A stretch of 53,316 bases of DNA, filler included, from Dimargaris cristalligena (Eukaryota), in assembly GCA_003614675.1 (NCBI GenBank). It is 3 parts of 3 records of this genome, joined end to end, with 100 filler letters (N's around TTAATTAATTAA, not from the genome) between each part and the next. Parts side by side here need not be neighbours in the genome. Positions count along the whole stretch, not along the records: positions 1 to 17,759 come from ML002790.1; 2 more parts are not named here. One strand, written 5' to 3'. How positions within the stretch are numbered: position 1 is the stretch's first letter; each line of letters opens with the position of its first letter. The position numbers and the translations under genes are program-made. The notes under the pieces are model-generated. The model was not told the origin of the DNA. It worked only from the letters and a program-made list of their open reading frames with translations, and did not search any database. Shown piece after piece: positions 1-10,870 of the stretch.

Positions 1-2
1 GG

Positions 3-953
3 ACCTGGTGGCGGGTTTCCGAGTGGTCGGGTACGTCTTCCACGCGGCCCTTCTTATTGAAACTGGTCGCCTGGGCCACCGGCACGTCCATTGGAGACGA
101 CAGCCAACCGGCCCCGCTGCTGCTGGCCCACCGCCAGACCACCCTCTTCCATTTGGTGGACTCCCTGGTCCTGCGTCTGCGTTCCATCGCCACTCCCTAT
201 TATATGTATGTGCTACCCCACACGCTCCGGGTTCTGAAGGCGCACACCGTGCTTAATGATATCCCTGCCCAGCTGTCCAAGGTGGTCAAGACCGATACCG
301 AAGCCCTGCCGGCTATTCGGGTGGCTTCGTCGGTGGCCCAATGGACCCATGCCCTGGAATCCCTGACCCACACCCTCGAGCACGACAAGGATGACTTCTG
401 TCGACCCCAGGTATTTGAGCAGCTGCTCACCCCGATGGTGCAGCAGGTGGTCCAAATTGCCCTAACCACGAAGTCCACCACCGTAGCTGCTTCGAAGAAG
501 CAATCTGACACTAACTCTATGGAGGAAGACGACTCGGCTAGCGAACACGACGATGACGACGACAGTGACGATGACGATGTCGATGCTGACACCCTTAAAC
601 TACCCGCCCACCTTACGCGCTGCTACACGAAGCGAATCCAGGAGGTGGTGGCGCCCGCCCTAGGAGCCCTGGCCAAACGGTATAACAAGGAGGACCAATG
701 GAAGGCCCTCAACCACCAGGTGCTCATGTTCACCCGGAATCCGCATAACTACGTGCGGGTAGCCGCCCTCCTGATTATTCAGCACCTCTACAATACCCTG
801 AAGGAAGAGCTGCTGATTCTTCTCCCGGAAACGATCCCGTTCCTGTTCGAGGTTATTGAGGACGAAGACCCGTGGGTGGAGAAGACGGCCCAACAGACGG
901 TGAATTTGATCGAACAGTACCTGGGCGAGCCCCTGCGCAGATACTTCGAATAG
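3..953 (+). CDS. UTP10: UTP10/HEATR1 (SSU processome HEAT-repeat protein), C-terminal part; 5' end lies outside the window
   Basis: Frame is open from nt 3. Motifs RPFLLKLVAWA, WKALNHQVLM, LLILLPETIPFLFEVIEDEDPWVE and IEQYLGEPLRRYF match the UTP10/BP28 C-terminus. Contains an acidic low-complexity insertion. Confidence 0.93.
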   Translation, partial: TWWRVSEWSGTSSTRPFLLKLVAWATGTSIGDDSQPAPLLLAHRQTTLFHLVDSLVLRLRSIATPYYMYVLPHTLRVLKAHTVLNDIPAQLSKVVKTDTEALPAIRVASSVAQWTHALESLTHTLEHDKDDFCRPQVFEQLLTPMVQQVVQIALTTKSTTVAASKKQSDTNSMEEDDSASEHDDDDDSDDDDVDADTLKLPAHLTRCYTKRIQEVVAPALGALAKRYNKEDQWKALNHQVLMFTRNPHNYVRVAALLIIQHLYNTLKEELLILLPETIPFLFEVIEDEDPWVEKTAQQTVNLIEQYLGEPLRRYFE

Positions 954-1928
954 ACAGGCAAGGGTTTATTTGGATTGGTTGGTGGGGAGATTTTCCTTAA
1001 CCCTAACCCGCTTGGGCCATTCCCCTGTGCGAGTAGTTTAATTGATTTAGATTTTCCCACCCTTCTCTCCACACTCCTCCTTACCCAGGTGGGTTTCTAT
1101 TTAGAGCCCCGCTTAACTATAGACCCAAAGTGAATATTTTTAGGTTTAAATTATTACTATAGAAAGATTTTAATAAATAAATTGCTGGGCTAACTAATGT
1201 TAAGGATTATTGCCGGTGTCGCTTAGGCCGTTGGTTTTAAATTGCCCCATTTTTATCATTAAGACTCTAGAAACGGATGGCCAACACTGTCTTGGTCAAC
1301 CTCAGGGCCCATTGATTATATGTCCATATTAAATTGTCATTATAAATCAAGTAACATCCCTTAATAATATCATGGTCATACCTCTACCATGATGTTACTG
1401 ATTAGTTCGGCTATATAAAGCCGAACCAATTCCTATACGTATCCATCTGTAAACTAGCCGAATTTTGCGGATACCCCTTAACCAGATAATTCGTCAGTTT
1501 TATATTGCCATACTAGTCTATCCCAGATCTTATAAAATCGCCTTCACGACCTTGTTTTGAGTGGCCTAATATGAAGTATTCTACGGCGTAGGCTATTTTA
1601 GCGTCTACGGAGATTGACACCTATAAGAATGGATTTGTTTTAACTGCTTTTTAGGGAGGTATTTACCCTACAGTGTGGCCTACATATATTTATAGGCAGG
1701 TACATATTCCAGAACTTGGCTCTCCACTACGTCTAATCCGCTACACCCCTTTTGGCAAACCTTATTAATTCATTTCTAAGCCTGCCTTGGCTGTGGCCAA
1801 GTATCTAACCACCCAAGTAGCGAAGAGGGACTACCTCTTACTAATGGCTTGGTTTTTGCATCACCATCTATAGATTAATTCATTTATTCCCAATCTGGAC
1901 CCGTTTCTTCCTTCCGTTGTAGTACCCA

Positions 1929-1962
1929 TGCTGACTAACCCATAGCACCACGGGTTAGTTGA
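1929..1962 (+). promoter_or_regulatory. bZIP (Yap/AP-1/ARE-like) element upstream of GST1: TGCTGACTAAC...GTTAGTTGA
   Basis: GCTGACTAA recurs upstream of all four GSTs. TGACTAA is a known Yap1 response element variant. Confidence 0.55.
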
Positions 1963-2400
1963 TCCCTTCCGTCAAACACTAGATTTCTAATCTGCACCCG
2001 GAAGGGCAATCATTTGAACAACTGGAGGAACTCAGGCATGCACACAATACTCCAGCTGACCAGGGAAGTGTGGCGGAGTGTCGTTTTTATGTCGATATTA
2101 ATAAGCATTTAAATAAAAGGTCGTGCATTTATAATATCCCGCAAAGCTTGGCTGATTGGGCGTCGGCAATGGGCCAATCTTGGATCAGCGGTATTCTCAT
2201 TTGAATGCTAGACCGTTGGAGTTTTATTCTGCTAAATTACTGGCCACAAATGCCATGGGACCAGACTGCCTGACCGTATATATAACCGATATTAGTGGCA
2301 GCCCATTTCTAACTCTACATCTCTCACCGCTTTCGCTTGCAACTCCAACTACCATTTCCATTGCTATATCACTACCACCACCATCAGTATCAGCATCACC

Positions 2401-3048
2401 ATGTCCACTTTCGAGGTCTACTACGCCAAGCTCCCCGGCCTGGCCGAAACCATTCGTAGCCTGCTTGACTACGCCGACGCCAAGTGGGAGTCAACCTATT
2501 TCGACGACTGGGCTGAAATCGTCAACTCAACTCCCTACGGCCGAGTGCCTGTTCTGCGGGAAACCACCGCCGACGGCCAACGTATTGAGCTCACCGAAAG
2601 CCGGGCCATCGAACGCTACCTCGCCCGTCGCTTTGGCCTGTACAGCGACGACCTCGTCGAAGCCGCCCGCATGGACGCCGTGGCCTCCCAGTTTGACGAT
2701 GTCATGCGCCCTTTACTCGCCGTTCCGCACGTTCCGGAAGCGGCCCGACCCTCTCTGATCGAACGATTCCGCGCGGAGGCCAATCGTCTGTTTACCCGTC
2801 ATGTTGGCCAGCTGGTCGCTAATGGGGATAATGGGCACTACTTTGGGAACCGGACCTCCTGGGCGGATATTATCGCGTATCTGTGCATTAAGCGCATGAA
2901 ACAGTCGACGGACTTCGATGTGGAGCTCCAGGCCCTCATGATGAAGAGTCACCAGAAACTTATTGATGCGTTGGAGCAGGACCCCAAGTTCAAGCGCTAC
3001 TTGGAACGCGCCGAACCTCGGGTGGCCAGTTACCCTCCCTTCCCCTAA
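2401..3048 (+). CDS. Glutathione S-transferase, Tyr-type/sigma-like, paralog 1 (215 aa, intronless)
   Basis: N-terminal YY..PGLAETIR, TPYGRVPVL (cis-Pro loop), ESRAIERYLA and SWADI N-capping box. TATA-like TATATATAA at 2277-2285. Confidence 0.95.
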   Translation: MSTFEVYYAKLPGLAETIRSLLDYADAKWESTYFDDWAEIVNSTPYGRVPVLRETTADGQRIELTESRAIERYLARRFGLYSDDLVEAARMDAVASQFDDVMRPLLAVPHVPEAARPSLIERFRAEANRLFTRHVGQLVANGDNGHYFGNRTSWADIIAYLCIKRMKQSTDFDVELQALMMKSHQKLIDALEQDPKFKRYLERAEPRVASYPPFP

Positions 3049-3115
3049 TCAAAATCCGTAGGGAAAAACCATGTTATCTCCAGTTTTACTCTTGAATCTA
3101 TGCATTTCATTTTAA

Positions 3116-3257
3116 ATATGGATGAAATTCAAATCAGCTGTATAAGGGTCTACATAATACGTGTATGGGCAAATATATGAGAATGGCTTTTAACCAGTAA
3201 TATTGGCCTTGTCCAATGGATTTTTCATTATACAGCCTGAATGAACTTCTCCCATAT
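3116..3257 (-). mobile_element. MITE family A copy (~143 bp, imperfect ~30-bp TIRs, TA flanks)
   Basis: ATATGGATGAAATTCAAATCAGCTGTATAA ... TTATACAGCCTGAATGAACTTCTCCCATAT; reverse complement of the copies at 30669 and 30811. Confidence 0.85.
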
Positions 3258-3549
3258 TGACCTTGTCTTATTGATGGAAATAAGCACGGCGGTAAATCCA
3301 TAATAAAGTTGGTGAAATTTACGATCATATTAGTTAAATAGTGGCTTGAGTATTGATGGACACTAGGTGGGACATGTTTAGTCTTTGGAAGATGTGCAAA
3401 AGCTGTGAATAATGGGGGAGGGTCGGACTGGCAAAATAGAGAGATATTCGTGTGAAATGATAGAGTTTACAGGTTATACAATACGTACCACCCCAACATC
3501 TTGTTTACATTTCACTTAAAATCGTATGTATCCGTATTGGATTTAGTCT

Positions 3550-3693
3550 ATATAGAAGATGTTCAACCAGGCTGTATAACGAAAAATCCTCTGGATGACG
3601 CTAATACTGCTGGTTGAAACTAAATCTCCCATATATTTTCACACACAATTACTATTTCTAACCTTATATAGTTGGGCGGGATTTCACTTATAT
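3550..3693 (+). mobile_element. MITE family A copy (diverged)
   Basis: gttcaaccaggctgtataacgaaaaatcc ... accttatatagttgggcgggatttcacttatat. Confidence 0.75.
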
Positions 3694-4265
3694 CTTCAAA
3701 TTGCGTGCCTTAGCATGACCTTATTCATATCTCTGTCCTAACACTGCTGATCTAGTTGGAGAAATAAAGTCGATCTAGTTCCTATACTTATCCATCAGTT
3801 AACTAGCCGGATGATAATGATATCCTTTAACTAATTAAATCGCTAATTGTACATCCCCAGATCTTATATAATACTATTCGTGGCCTTATATCGAGCGGTT
3901 TAATAGGTAGTCATCCACAGCATAGGCCAATGTAGCATCTACTAGGGTATTGGCCTGTGGTAACGTATTTGGGTTTCTAGCTGCATTTATGTTGGTCTTT
4001 CGCCCTAAAGTGTGGTCAGTTCAAGCACCTATGGGCTGGGAAAATCACAAAATCACAGTATTTCGCTATACCTGATCCGTCACTCCCCTTTTAATATACC
4101 TTATTCTTTTATTTCTAAGTTTGCCTCGGCTGTGGCCAAGTGTCCGGTTATCCAAGCAGTTAGGAGGTACAGTATACTATCAGCGGCTCGGCTCTTGCAA
4201 TAACACGCACTTTAATTCCTATATTTCGAACCCGGGCCTGCTTCTTCCTGTCATGGCGGTTCACA

Positions 4266-4299
4266 TGCTGACTAACTCTTTGCACTACCGGTTAGTCAA
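4266..4299 (+). promoter_or_regulatory. Inverted pair of bZIP elements upstream of GST2: TGCTGACTAAC...GTTAGTCAA
   Basis: TGACTAAC/GTTAGTCA dyad about 460 nt upstream of the ATG. Confidence 0.55.
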
Positions 4300-4725
4300 C
4301 CCCATCCGTCAAACAGCTGATTTATAATCTATACTAGTAAAAGCGGTCACTTGAACAACTGGGGGGCTCCAAGCACTAACACAATACTCCAACTGACACG
4401 GGAGGTGTGGGGGAGAGAAATGTATTAATTGATTCATTTCGGGATTAATAAGCATTTGCTTACGACGCTGCCGATTTATATAAACACATCATGTTTGTCT
4501 GGTTAGTTGTAGACCCAGGGACCAGTCTTGGTTCAACTCCATTCCCATTTAAATGTTAGACAGTCGGGGTTTAGTTCAGCCAGAACATTATCCCTAATTG
4601 TCTTGGGACCGGACTGCCCAGTAGTATATATACCCAATACCAGCAGTGATTAATTTTAAGTCCAACACCTCTCACTGCCTTGAATATTATCTCCGACTAT
4701 CATTTCCCGTTGCCATATCACCACC

Positions 4726-5373
4726 ATGTCCAAGTTTGAAGTATTCTATGCCAAAATCGCCGGCATGGCCGAAACCAGCCGTTGCATGCTCGACTACGCC
4801 GATGCCCAGTGGGAGTCGACCTATGTTGAGGATTGGGCCGCATTAGCCACCACGACGCCCTATGGCCGAGTGCCTGTTCTGCGGGAAACCACCGCCGACG
4901 GTCAACGTATCGAATTCTCGGAAACCCGGGCCATCGAACGCTATCTTGCCCGTCGTTTTGGTCTGTACAGCGACAACCTGGTTGAAGCCGCCCTCATGGA
5001 CGCCGTGGCTTCCCAGTTTGACGATGCCATGCGTCCTTTAACCACTGCTCCGTACGTACCGGAAGCGGACCGTCCCGCGCTGATTGACCAATTCCGCAAG
5101 GAGGCCACCCGTCTGTTTACCCGCCACACAGGTCAGTTGGTCGCCAACGGGGATAATGGCCACTACGTTGGTAGTCGTACTACCTGGGTGGATATTATTG
5201 CATACGTCAGTATCCAGCGCATGAAACAGTCGAGAGACTTTGATGCAGAACTACGGGCTCTGATGACGAAGAGTCATCAGAAACTCATCGATACCCTGGA
5301 ACAAGACCCCATCTTCAAGCGCTACTTGGAACGCGCCGAGCCCCGACTTGCTAGCTATTTCGCCCCCAATTAA
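4726..5373 (+). CDS. Glutathione S-transferase, paralog 2 (215 aa)
   Basis: Same GST motifs (TPYGRVPVL, ETRAIERYLA, TWVDI). Colinear with paralog 1, including the flanks. Confidence 0.95.
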   Translation: MSKFEVFYAKIAGMAETSRCMLDYADAQWESTYVEDWAALATTTPYGRVPVLRETTADGQRIEFSETRAIERYLARRFGLYSDNLVEAALMDAVASQFDDAMRPLTTAPYVPEADRPALIDQFRKEATRLFTRHTGQLVANGDNGHYVGSRTTWVDIIAYVSIQRMKQSRDFDAELRALMTKSHQKLIDTLEQDPIFKRYLERAEPRLASYFAPN

Positions 5374-5559
5374 AGTCTGTAAAGAAAATAACTATGCCCT
5401 TTGGTTATACCCCTGAAACTATGTATTTAATTTTATCTTCTGACATTTTCTTATTGGCGGAAATAAATATAGCGGCGAAGCCACAAATAGGGTAGCATAA
5501 GCGATGGCCACAGCAGTTGAACAGTACCTCGGGGATCAAATGTAATTATAAGTATTAGA

Positions 5560-6030
5560 TTAGTGAATGGTTATGAGCGGGCTTTTATTATCTGAAGATG
5601 GTGAGCGTGATATATATAAGCGAACTAAGGTGAATAGCGATAGGAGCGCTAGTGAACTAAGGAATTGAAATATGGCAGGTAGAGCACCCTTTACATGTAG
5701 TCAGTACTAGTTCTATCATATGCGGCGGTTCATTCCTGATGGGCCTACGGTACGCTCAGTTTTCGGATGGAGACCTTGAGAAGGACCTAGAAGGATTGCG
5801 AAGAGACTAAGTCCGAGCGTCAAGGATAACAATAGTAGATATCTGGCGCTGCGGCTGTCAATTATAGTGGATCGGGCTTATCTATCGTCCAAGGCCGGGG
5901 GTTCTGGATGGCCAGGGCCCTGATTATCTTGGTTTCCGGGTTCGCACTCCACAACCAAGGGCGGAGATGCATTGGTATCTACGGAGTTGCATCCATCTGC
6001 TGGGGTAGATGTAATAATAAGAACCTTATT
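5560..6030 (-). repeat. Repeat family B copy (LTR-like, ~0.4-0.5 kb; boundaries approximate)
   Basis: Reverse complement shares cagggccctggcca..., ccttagttcactagcgctcctatcgct and AATAAAA blocks with the copy at ~30200. Confidence 0.6.
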
Positions 6031-6064
6031 TAATCTATGGAAGAAGGGACGTAAAAACTATTTA

Positions 6065-6208
6065 ATACGCGTGAGGTTTTGTCTGGCTATATAACGAAAA
6101 ATCCCCTTGGTAAGACAATTCTGTCAGACTTAAAACATGACAACGCTCCATTACTTCTTTTACATTGCACTTAAGGTCTTATAGAATCGTATTGAATTTC
6201 AGAAATAT
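6065..6208 (+). mobile_element. MITE family A copy (highly diverged)
   Basis: ggctatataacgaaaaatcc ... cttatagaatcgtattgaatttcagaaatat; full unit length. Confidence 0.55.
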
Positions 6209-6623
6209 TAATTATTGTACATAATAGTAGTCCGACAGCGTTCTTGTATGAATGTACCCTAGGTTACTTTTTAGGGGTACGTAAGGCACTTACGCAACTC
6301 AACGTGTGACTACGAAAACCCATATGGCCAAATATTAATCAATGGTGATAAAAATAGGCCCTAAGTAGTATTGTGGCTTACGTTTAAACCGACGCCGCCA
6401 CCTACTTATTGTACACCACCGTCTTGCCAATCTGCCGCCCCCCACTGGGCTAGCGCAGTTCTCCAGAAACGTTGGTCGCTATCCAGGAACTTCCCACCTT
6501 GTACTACGTAGGTATGTCTTGGATTTGCAAAATGGCAGTGGGGTCTTCGGTATCATACTATTGATAGACAAGTTACCAAATCGGACTGAACCAGTTTGAT
6601 CATGGAGACACCTTGGTATCCCG

Positions 6624-6634
6624 GCTGACTAAGC
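6624..6634 (+). promoter_or_regulatory. bZIP/ARE-like element GCTGACTAAGC upstream of GST3
   Basis: 452 nt upstream of the ATG, in a promoter I could not otherwise align with GST1/2. Confidence 0.55.
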
Positions 6635-7075
6635 CATCCCGTGGTGTATTAACCCATTTGAGAGGGATTAAAACATATTTGTCAGGAATCCGGTAATATA
6701 CGGGCACTCTATGTAAATATGTCCAATCTAAAAACAAGGTAGGTGTGCCTAATTAACTAATGACATTAATAAGCACCCCAACAATTGCATCGCCCTGATT
6801 ATTTTTCTAGTTTTCGACCGTTTCATAGGAATACGATAAACGCCTGGGCTGGTTGTTTTTTTCAAATACCCTGACTTGGTACTGGCATATTCTGTCATAA
6901 ATGTTTACCACGGAATACCTGATAAGTTGGGCTGAAGAACCCATCGTATATAATCTGGCCACCAGCTATTTTATCCCCTGTTGGACACTCCGCACATTGT
7001 TTTGCCTCCCTATTCGCTCATTAGATACCTACCAACTTAATCAATCGGCCTTCCTTATAATTCTATTATCTCATT

Positions 7076-7726
7076 ATGTCTAAGTTTGAACTTCTCTACG
7101 CCAAATTCCCCGGCATCGCCGAAACCTCCCGTTGCCTACTCGACTATGCCAATGCCCAGTGGGAGCCCACTTACGTCGATGACCTGTCCCTGCTCGGCGA
7201 TACCACTCCCTACGGCAAAGTCCCGGTTCTTCGTGAGATAAACGCCGATGGTCAACATATTGAACTCTGCGAAAGTCGGGCCATCGAACGCTACCTCGCC
7301 CGTCGCTTCGGCCTGTACAGCGACGACCTGGTTGAAGCCGCCCGCATCGACGCCGTCGTATCCCAAGTGGACGATGTCATCCGTCCCTTGGCCTTCTACC
7401 GCCATTCCCCGAAGGAAGTACAGCCGATTTTGGTGGAACAATACCGCAAGGAAGCCCAGCGTTTTTTCGCCCGCCACGGTGCGCTATTGGTCGCCAATGG
7501 CGATAATGGGCATTACTTCGGCGACCGGACCACCTGGGCGGACATTGCCGCCTACCTGGTGATTAGCCGTATGAAACCGTTCAGCCAATTTGATGATGAG
7601 CTCCGTGGCCTCATGGTCCAGAGTCACCAAAAACTAGTGCATACTTTGGAGCAGGACCCTAATTTTCAACGGTATTTGGAACGCTTCGCTCAACGCCGTG
7701 CCTCTTACCAGATGGGACCTATTTAA
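7076..7726 (+). CDS. Glutathione S-transferase, paralog 3 (216 aa)
   Basis: TPYGKVPVL, ESRAIERYLA and TWADI motifs. Confidence 0.95.
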   Translation: MSKFELLYAKFPGIAETSRCLLDYANAQWEPTYVDDLSLLGDTTPYGKVPVLREINADGQHIELCESRAIERYLARRFGLYSDDLVEAARIDAVVSQVDDVIRPLAFYRHSPKEVQPILVEQYRKEAQRFFARHGALLVANGDNGHYFGDRTTWADIAAYLVISRMKPFSQFDDELRGLMVQSHQKLVHTLEQDPNFQRYLERFAQRRASYQMGPI

Positions 7727-8339
7727 CAATACCTGTTGTCTGGAGGGGGGGGCAGTGGATCCTAGACGAACGGATACCGTGTCTATTGTCCACTATGACA
7801 ATGGCATATGCTTAATTTGTTTATTAAATATCCCAATGAACCCAAATAAATCCACCATCCAACCAGAAATTCAAAAGGGTGTGGCCCGATCCTACTGGTT
7901 AACTGACATTGAACTGCCCTGCCCTTCCTTCTATTTACAGGCCCGCTTTCAGTGGTGGGAACGGTTGGTCCTGGCCCGATGCAGACAAATGAGTGGGTGC
8001 CTATAATGGCTTTGCATTACAACCATTCAATCATTTAATGACAACTTGTGATACAGTGGTGGGCTAGCTATTAAACGCACGTCGAAAAGCGGCAACATAA
8101 TTAAGAGTGTGATGGGGTAAACTAAGCCCTGGTTTTATGTAGGGTGGAAGCAACTCCCCGTTTAATATGAGGTCATCAAATAATAATGAAGCGAGCGATT
8201 TCAATTACGCAATCTCTTTACCGGTTAGGCATTGTTCCCTCTCTTCTCACAGATATACTTATTTCGATTTAAGTGTAAGTCTGTCGAGAATAATGCCGTT
8301 GGTCCAACATATCGCTACACGTCTGGAGGAAATGAGAAC

Positions 8340-8483
8340 ATACGGGAGAGGTTCAGCCAGGCTGTGTACGAAAAATCCGTTGTATAGAGCAAGTATTACT
8401 GGTTGGAAATGTGTCTCCCGCCCATGTTCCCATTCACATACCATTAAAAATCCTACACAGCTGTGCTGAAATTCACTCGAATA
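8340..8483 (+). mobile_element. MITE family A copy
   Basis: atacgggagaggttcagccaggctgtgtacgaaaaatcc ... cctacacagctgtgctgaaattcactcgaata. Confidence 0.75.
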
Positions 8484-8657
8484 CCGTCTCTGAAGCATAA
8501 ACGGTCATGGTATTTGAGACTGCAGCCAGACATTCACTAAGCAGCAAATAAGACCCCGCCGATGTAGTGCTATATGATTTGATAAATAAGGCGAAGCTAA
8601 ATGAAGAACTGTGAATATCACAGCTGACACCCCCCCCCACATCACATTGGTAGTTGA

Positions 8658-8669
8658 GCTGACTAAGCA
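8658..8669 (+). promoter_or_regulatory. bZIP/ARE-like element GCTGACTAAGCA upstream of GST4
   Basis: 551 nt upstream of the ATG. Close to the Maf recognition element TGCTGACTCAGCA. Confidence 0.55.
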
Positions 8670-9208
8670 TAGCCAAATGTAAATCTAGGTTTAGCATTGC
8701 GGACAATATCAATAGCCGGCCCGGATCTATTAACAATGGAACACCGGGGCTCAGCAGAACGGGTTTGCTGCAATGGGGCGTACGTGGCCGGCTGGGCCTG
8801 GGTGTGAAATGGAGGCTTATTTCTACACCGAAATTACTTGGCAATTTACATTGAAGTTGGGTGGCTCTTTGAGCATGAGGACTGTCATCAATGTCCCAGG
8901 AGACGAAGAGAAGATGGGGGAGACGATGGGCACTGCGGAGATACATCACACTGCGGTGAGAAATCCCATGACTGAATCGGGGCGGGAAAGTAACTTTGGG
9001 CGATTGCGGTAGGATAACTGGAGCCCAGCCATAGCTGGTAACTAATGGCGAAAAGCCGTGGAAGCAGAAATATAATGATAGTCGAGAGGGCCCAATATAT
9101 ATATGAGCCATTGGCCGCCATAATCCCTTCAAACACCAACTTGCACCGTTGTCTCCGACTACCACTACATCTACCATCCTTTCTTCTTCGCCTTTGCCAC
9201 CTTTCACC

Positions 9209-9865
9209 ATGTCCACCTTCGAGGTATACTACGCCCGCTTCACCGGCCTGGCCGAAACTACCCGCTGTCTGCTCGACTACGCTGATGCCAAATGGACCAA
9301 TACCTACTTGGAGGATTTTTCCGAGCTTGGTACTGCCACCCCGTACGGCAAAATGCCCGTGCTGCGGGAAACCACTGCTGATGGCCAACACATCGAACTC
9401 TGCGAAAGCCGGGCCATCGAACGCTACCTCGCCCGCCGATTCGGTTTGTACAGTGACGACCTGGTGGAAGCCGCTCGCATTGACGCCGTGGTCTCCCAGT
9501 TCGACGATGCCATACGGCCGCTAGCCACCGCCCGGTACGCCCCTGTAGCCTCCCGACCCGCGATGATGGAGTACTACCGCAAAGAGGCCACCCGTCTGTT
9601 CACACGCCATGGTGTCCAGTTGGCCGCCAATGGAAATAACGGCCATTACTTTGGAGACCGCACCACCTGGGCCGATATTGTCGCCTACCTGTGCATTCGG
9701 GCCATGAACAGCTACGAGTCGTTCGATGATGAGCTGCGGGCCCTCATGACAAAGAGTCACCAGAAACTCATCGACACCTTGGATGCGGACCCTAACTTCC
9801 AGCGCTACTTGGAGCGCGCCGGACCCCGGGTGGCCAGTTATCCCCCTCGCCCCTCTGTCGACTAA
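9209..9865 (+). CDS. Glutathione S-transferase, paralog 4 (218 aa; ATG at 9209, not the TTG at 9149)
   Basis: cacc-ATG-TCC start aligns with the other paralogs. TPYGKMPVL, ESRAIERYLA and TWADI motifs. Confidence 0.95.
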   Translation: MSTFEVYYARFTGLAETTRCLLDYADAKWTNTYLEDFSELGTATPYGKMPVLRETTADGQHIELCESRAIERYLARRFGLYSDDLVEAARIDAVVSQFDDAIRPLATARYAPVASRPAMMEYYRKEATRLFTRHGVQLAANGNNGHYFGDRTTWADIVAYLCIRAMNSYESFDDELRALMTKSHQKLIDTLDADPNFQRYLERAGPRVASYPPRPSVD

Positions 9866-10089
9866 TTATCACCATTTGACTGGTCATTTGGAGTGGAGTA
9901 CGGAAACGTACATTTTAATGCCCCGTAAATGACGGTACTGGTTTTTATCATACATTTTTGGTGTTTTAGTCCCACAACCTGCCGAGTGGAATAAATAACA
10001 GTGTCTCTAAAGATCGGCGGAATTGTTCGGTGTTTTTTTGCAATAGGCCGGGCTCATTACACATTCACTTATAATTGGGGTTATGACGA

Positions 10090-10445
10090 ACTTCTTACCA
10101 GTAACCCAAAATAGGCGCATGCTACTGTTGCATCCACAGCCAGAGCAGGGGCCGACCCTGGCCAGGGCATAAATCCAGCATGCCTGGATACTCCCGACGC
10201 TTCCGAGGCCGTTACACCGGAAGTACTAGTGAACAACCATAATGGGATACATGAATCCCAGTAGGTCCGGCGACAATATATGCGGACAGTACAACGCTCT
10301 AATCTGAGGATGGTCATCGGCTATATAAAAGTGTATCGGCCGCACTTCCTGGATCCCTAGTTTACTAGCGTCCATAACGCTCCTACTATTTCATAATTTA
10401 TGTTCCCTTCAATAAAACACGCTCTTTAAAATCGCTATATCAACA
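10090..10445 (+). repeat. Repeat family B copy (LTR-like; boundaries approximate)
   Basis: ctatataaaagtgta...cctagtttactagcgtccataacgctc...aataaaacacgc; ends in ...caaca. Confidence 0.6.
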
Positions 10446-10870
10446 TTATTAATACAAGTGCTCAATTGTATTTACAAGGGTGGTAAAATCTGGCCATCCG
10501 TGGAGTCTATTATTGATTCAACTACAGAGAATAAAGAGTAACGACTTAACGACGTTCGATGTTATAAAGTGGGTATAGCTAAGGATACACTTCGTATGAA
10601 ATAAATTGTTCCAGAATTTACAAAATCGACAGAGGGTATTGGTATCTAAAAATCATTAGACAGTACCACTATAGTATACTATACCAAACCCTCACCATCG
10701 CTATCCCAATCTCTCGTGATTGAGAGAGTGAAGTGCAGAATAGTTGCCCCAAGAATTTTCTTCGTTTATGCTATTACAGGATGACTCAACAGGCCCTATT
10801 GCACTTCAGGTTCCTAATTTTTTAAACTAGACTACTTTGAACTGGCTTCGTTGGGGTCCACGGTAGAACT

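Larger units (their letters stand above)
1360..5435 (+). repeat. Tandem duplication: ~1360-3114 and ~3705-5435 (GST1/GST2 with ~1 kb promoter and 3' flank)
   Basis: Alignable blocks, e.g. tcctatacgtatccatctgtaaactagccg (1430) vs tcctatacttatccatcagttaactagccg (3780). The 3' flanks also align. Confidence 0.85.

Noticed and set aside
996-1009. Telomere-like CCCTAA units (also GGGTTAGGG at ~35960)
   Set aside because: Fewer than two full units; insufficient for a telomeric or telo-box call.
1401-1430. Hairpin GTTCGGCT-ATATAA-AGCCGAAC (and AAAGACCCT...AGGGTCTTT near 21575-21605)
   Set aside because: The first is not conserved in the duplicated GST2 promoter. Neither is followed by a Helitron-type CTRR end.
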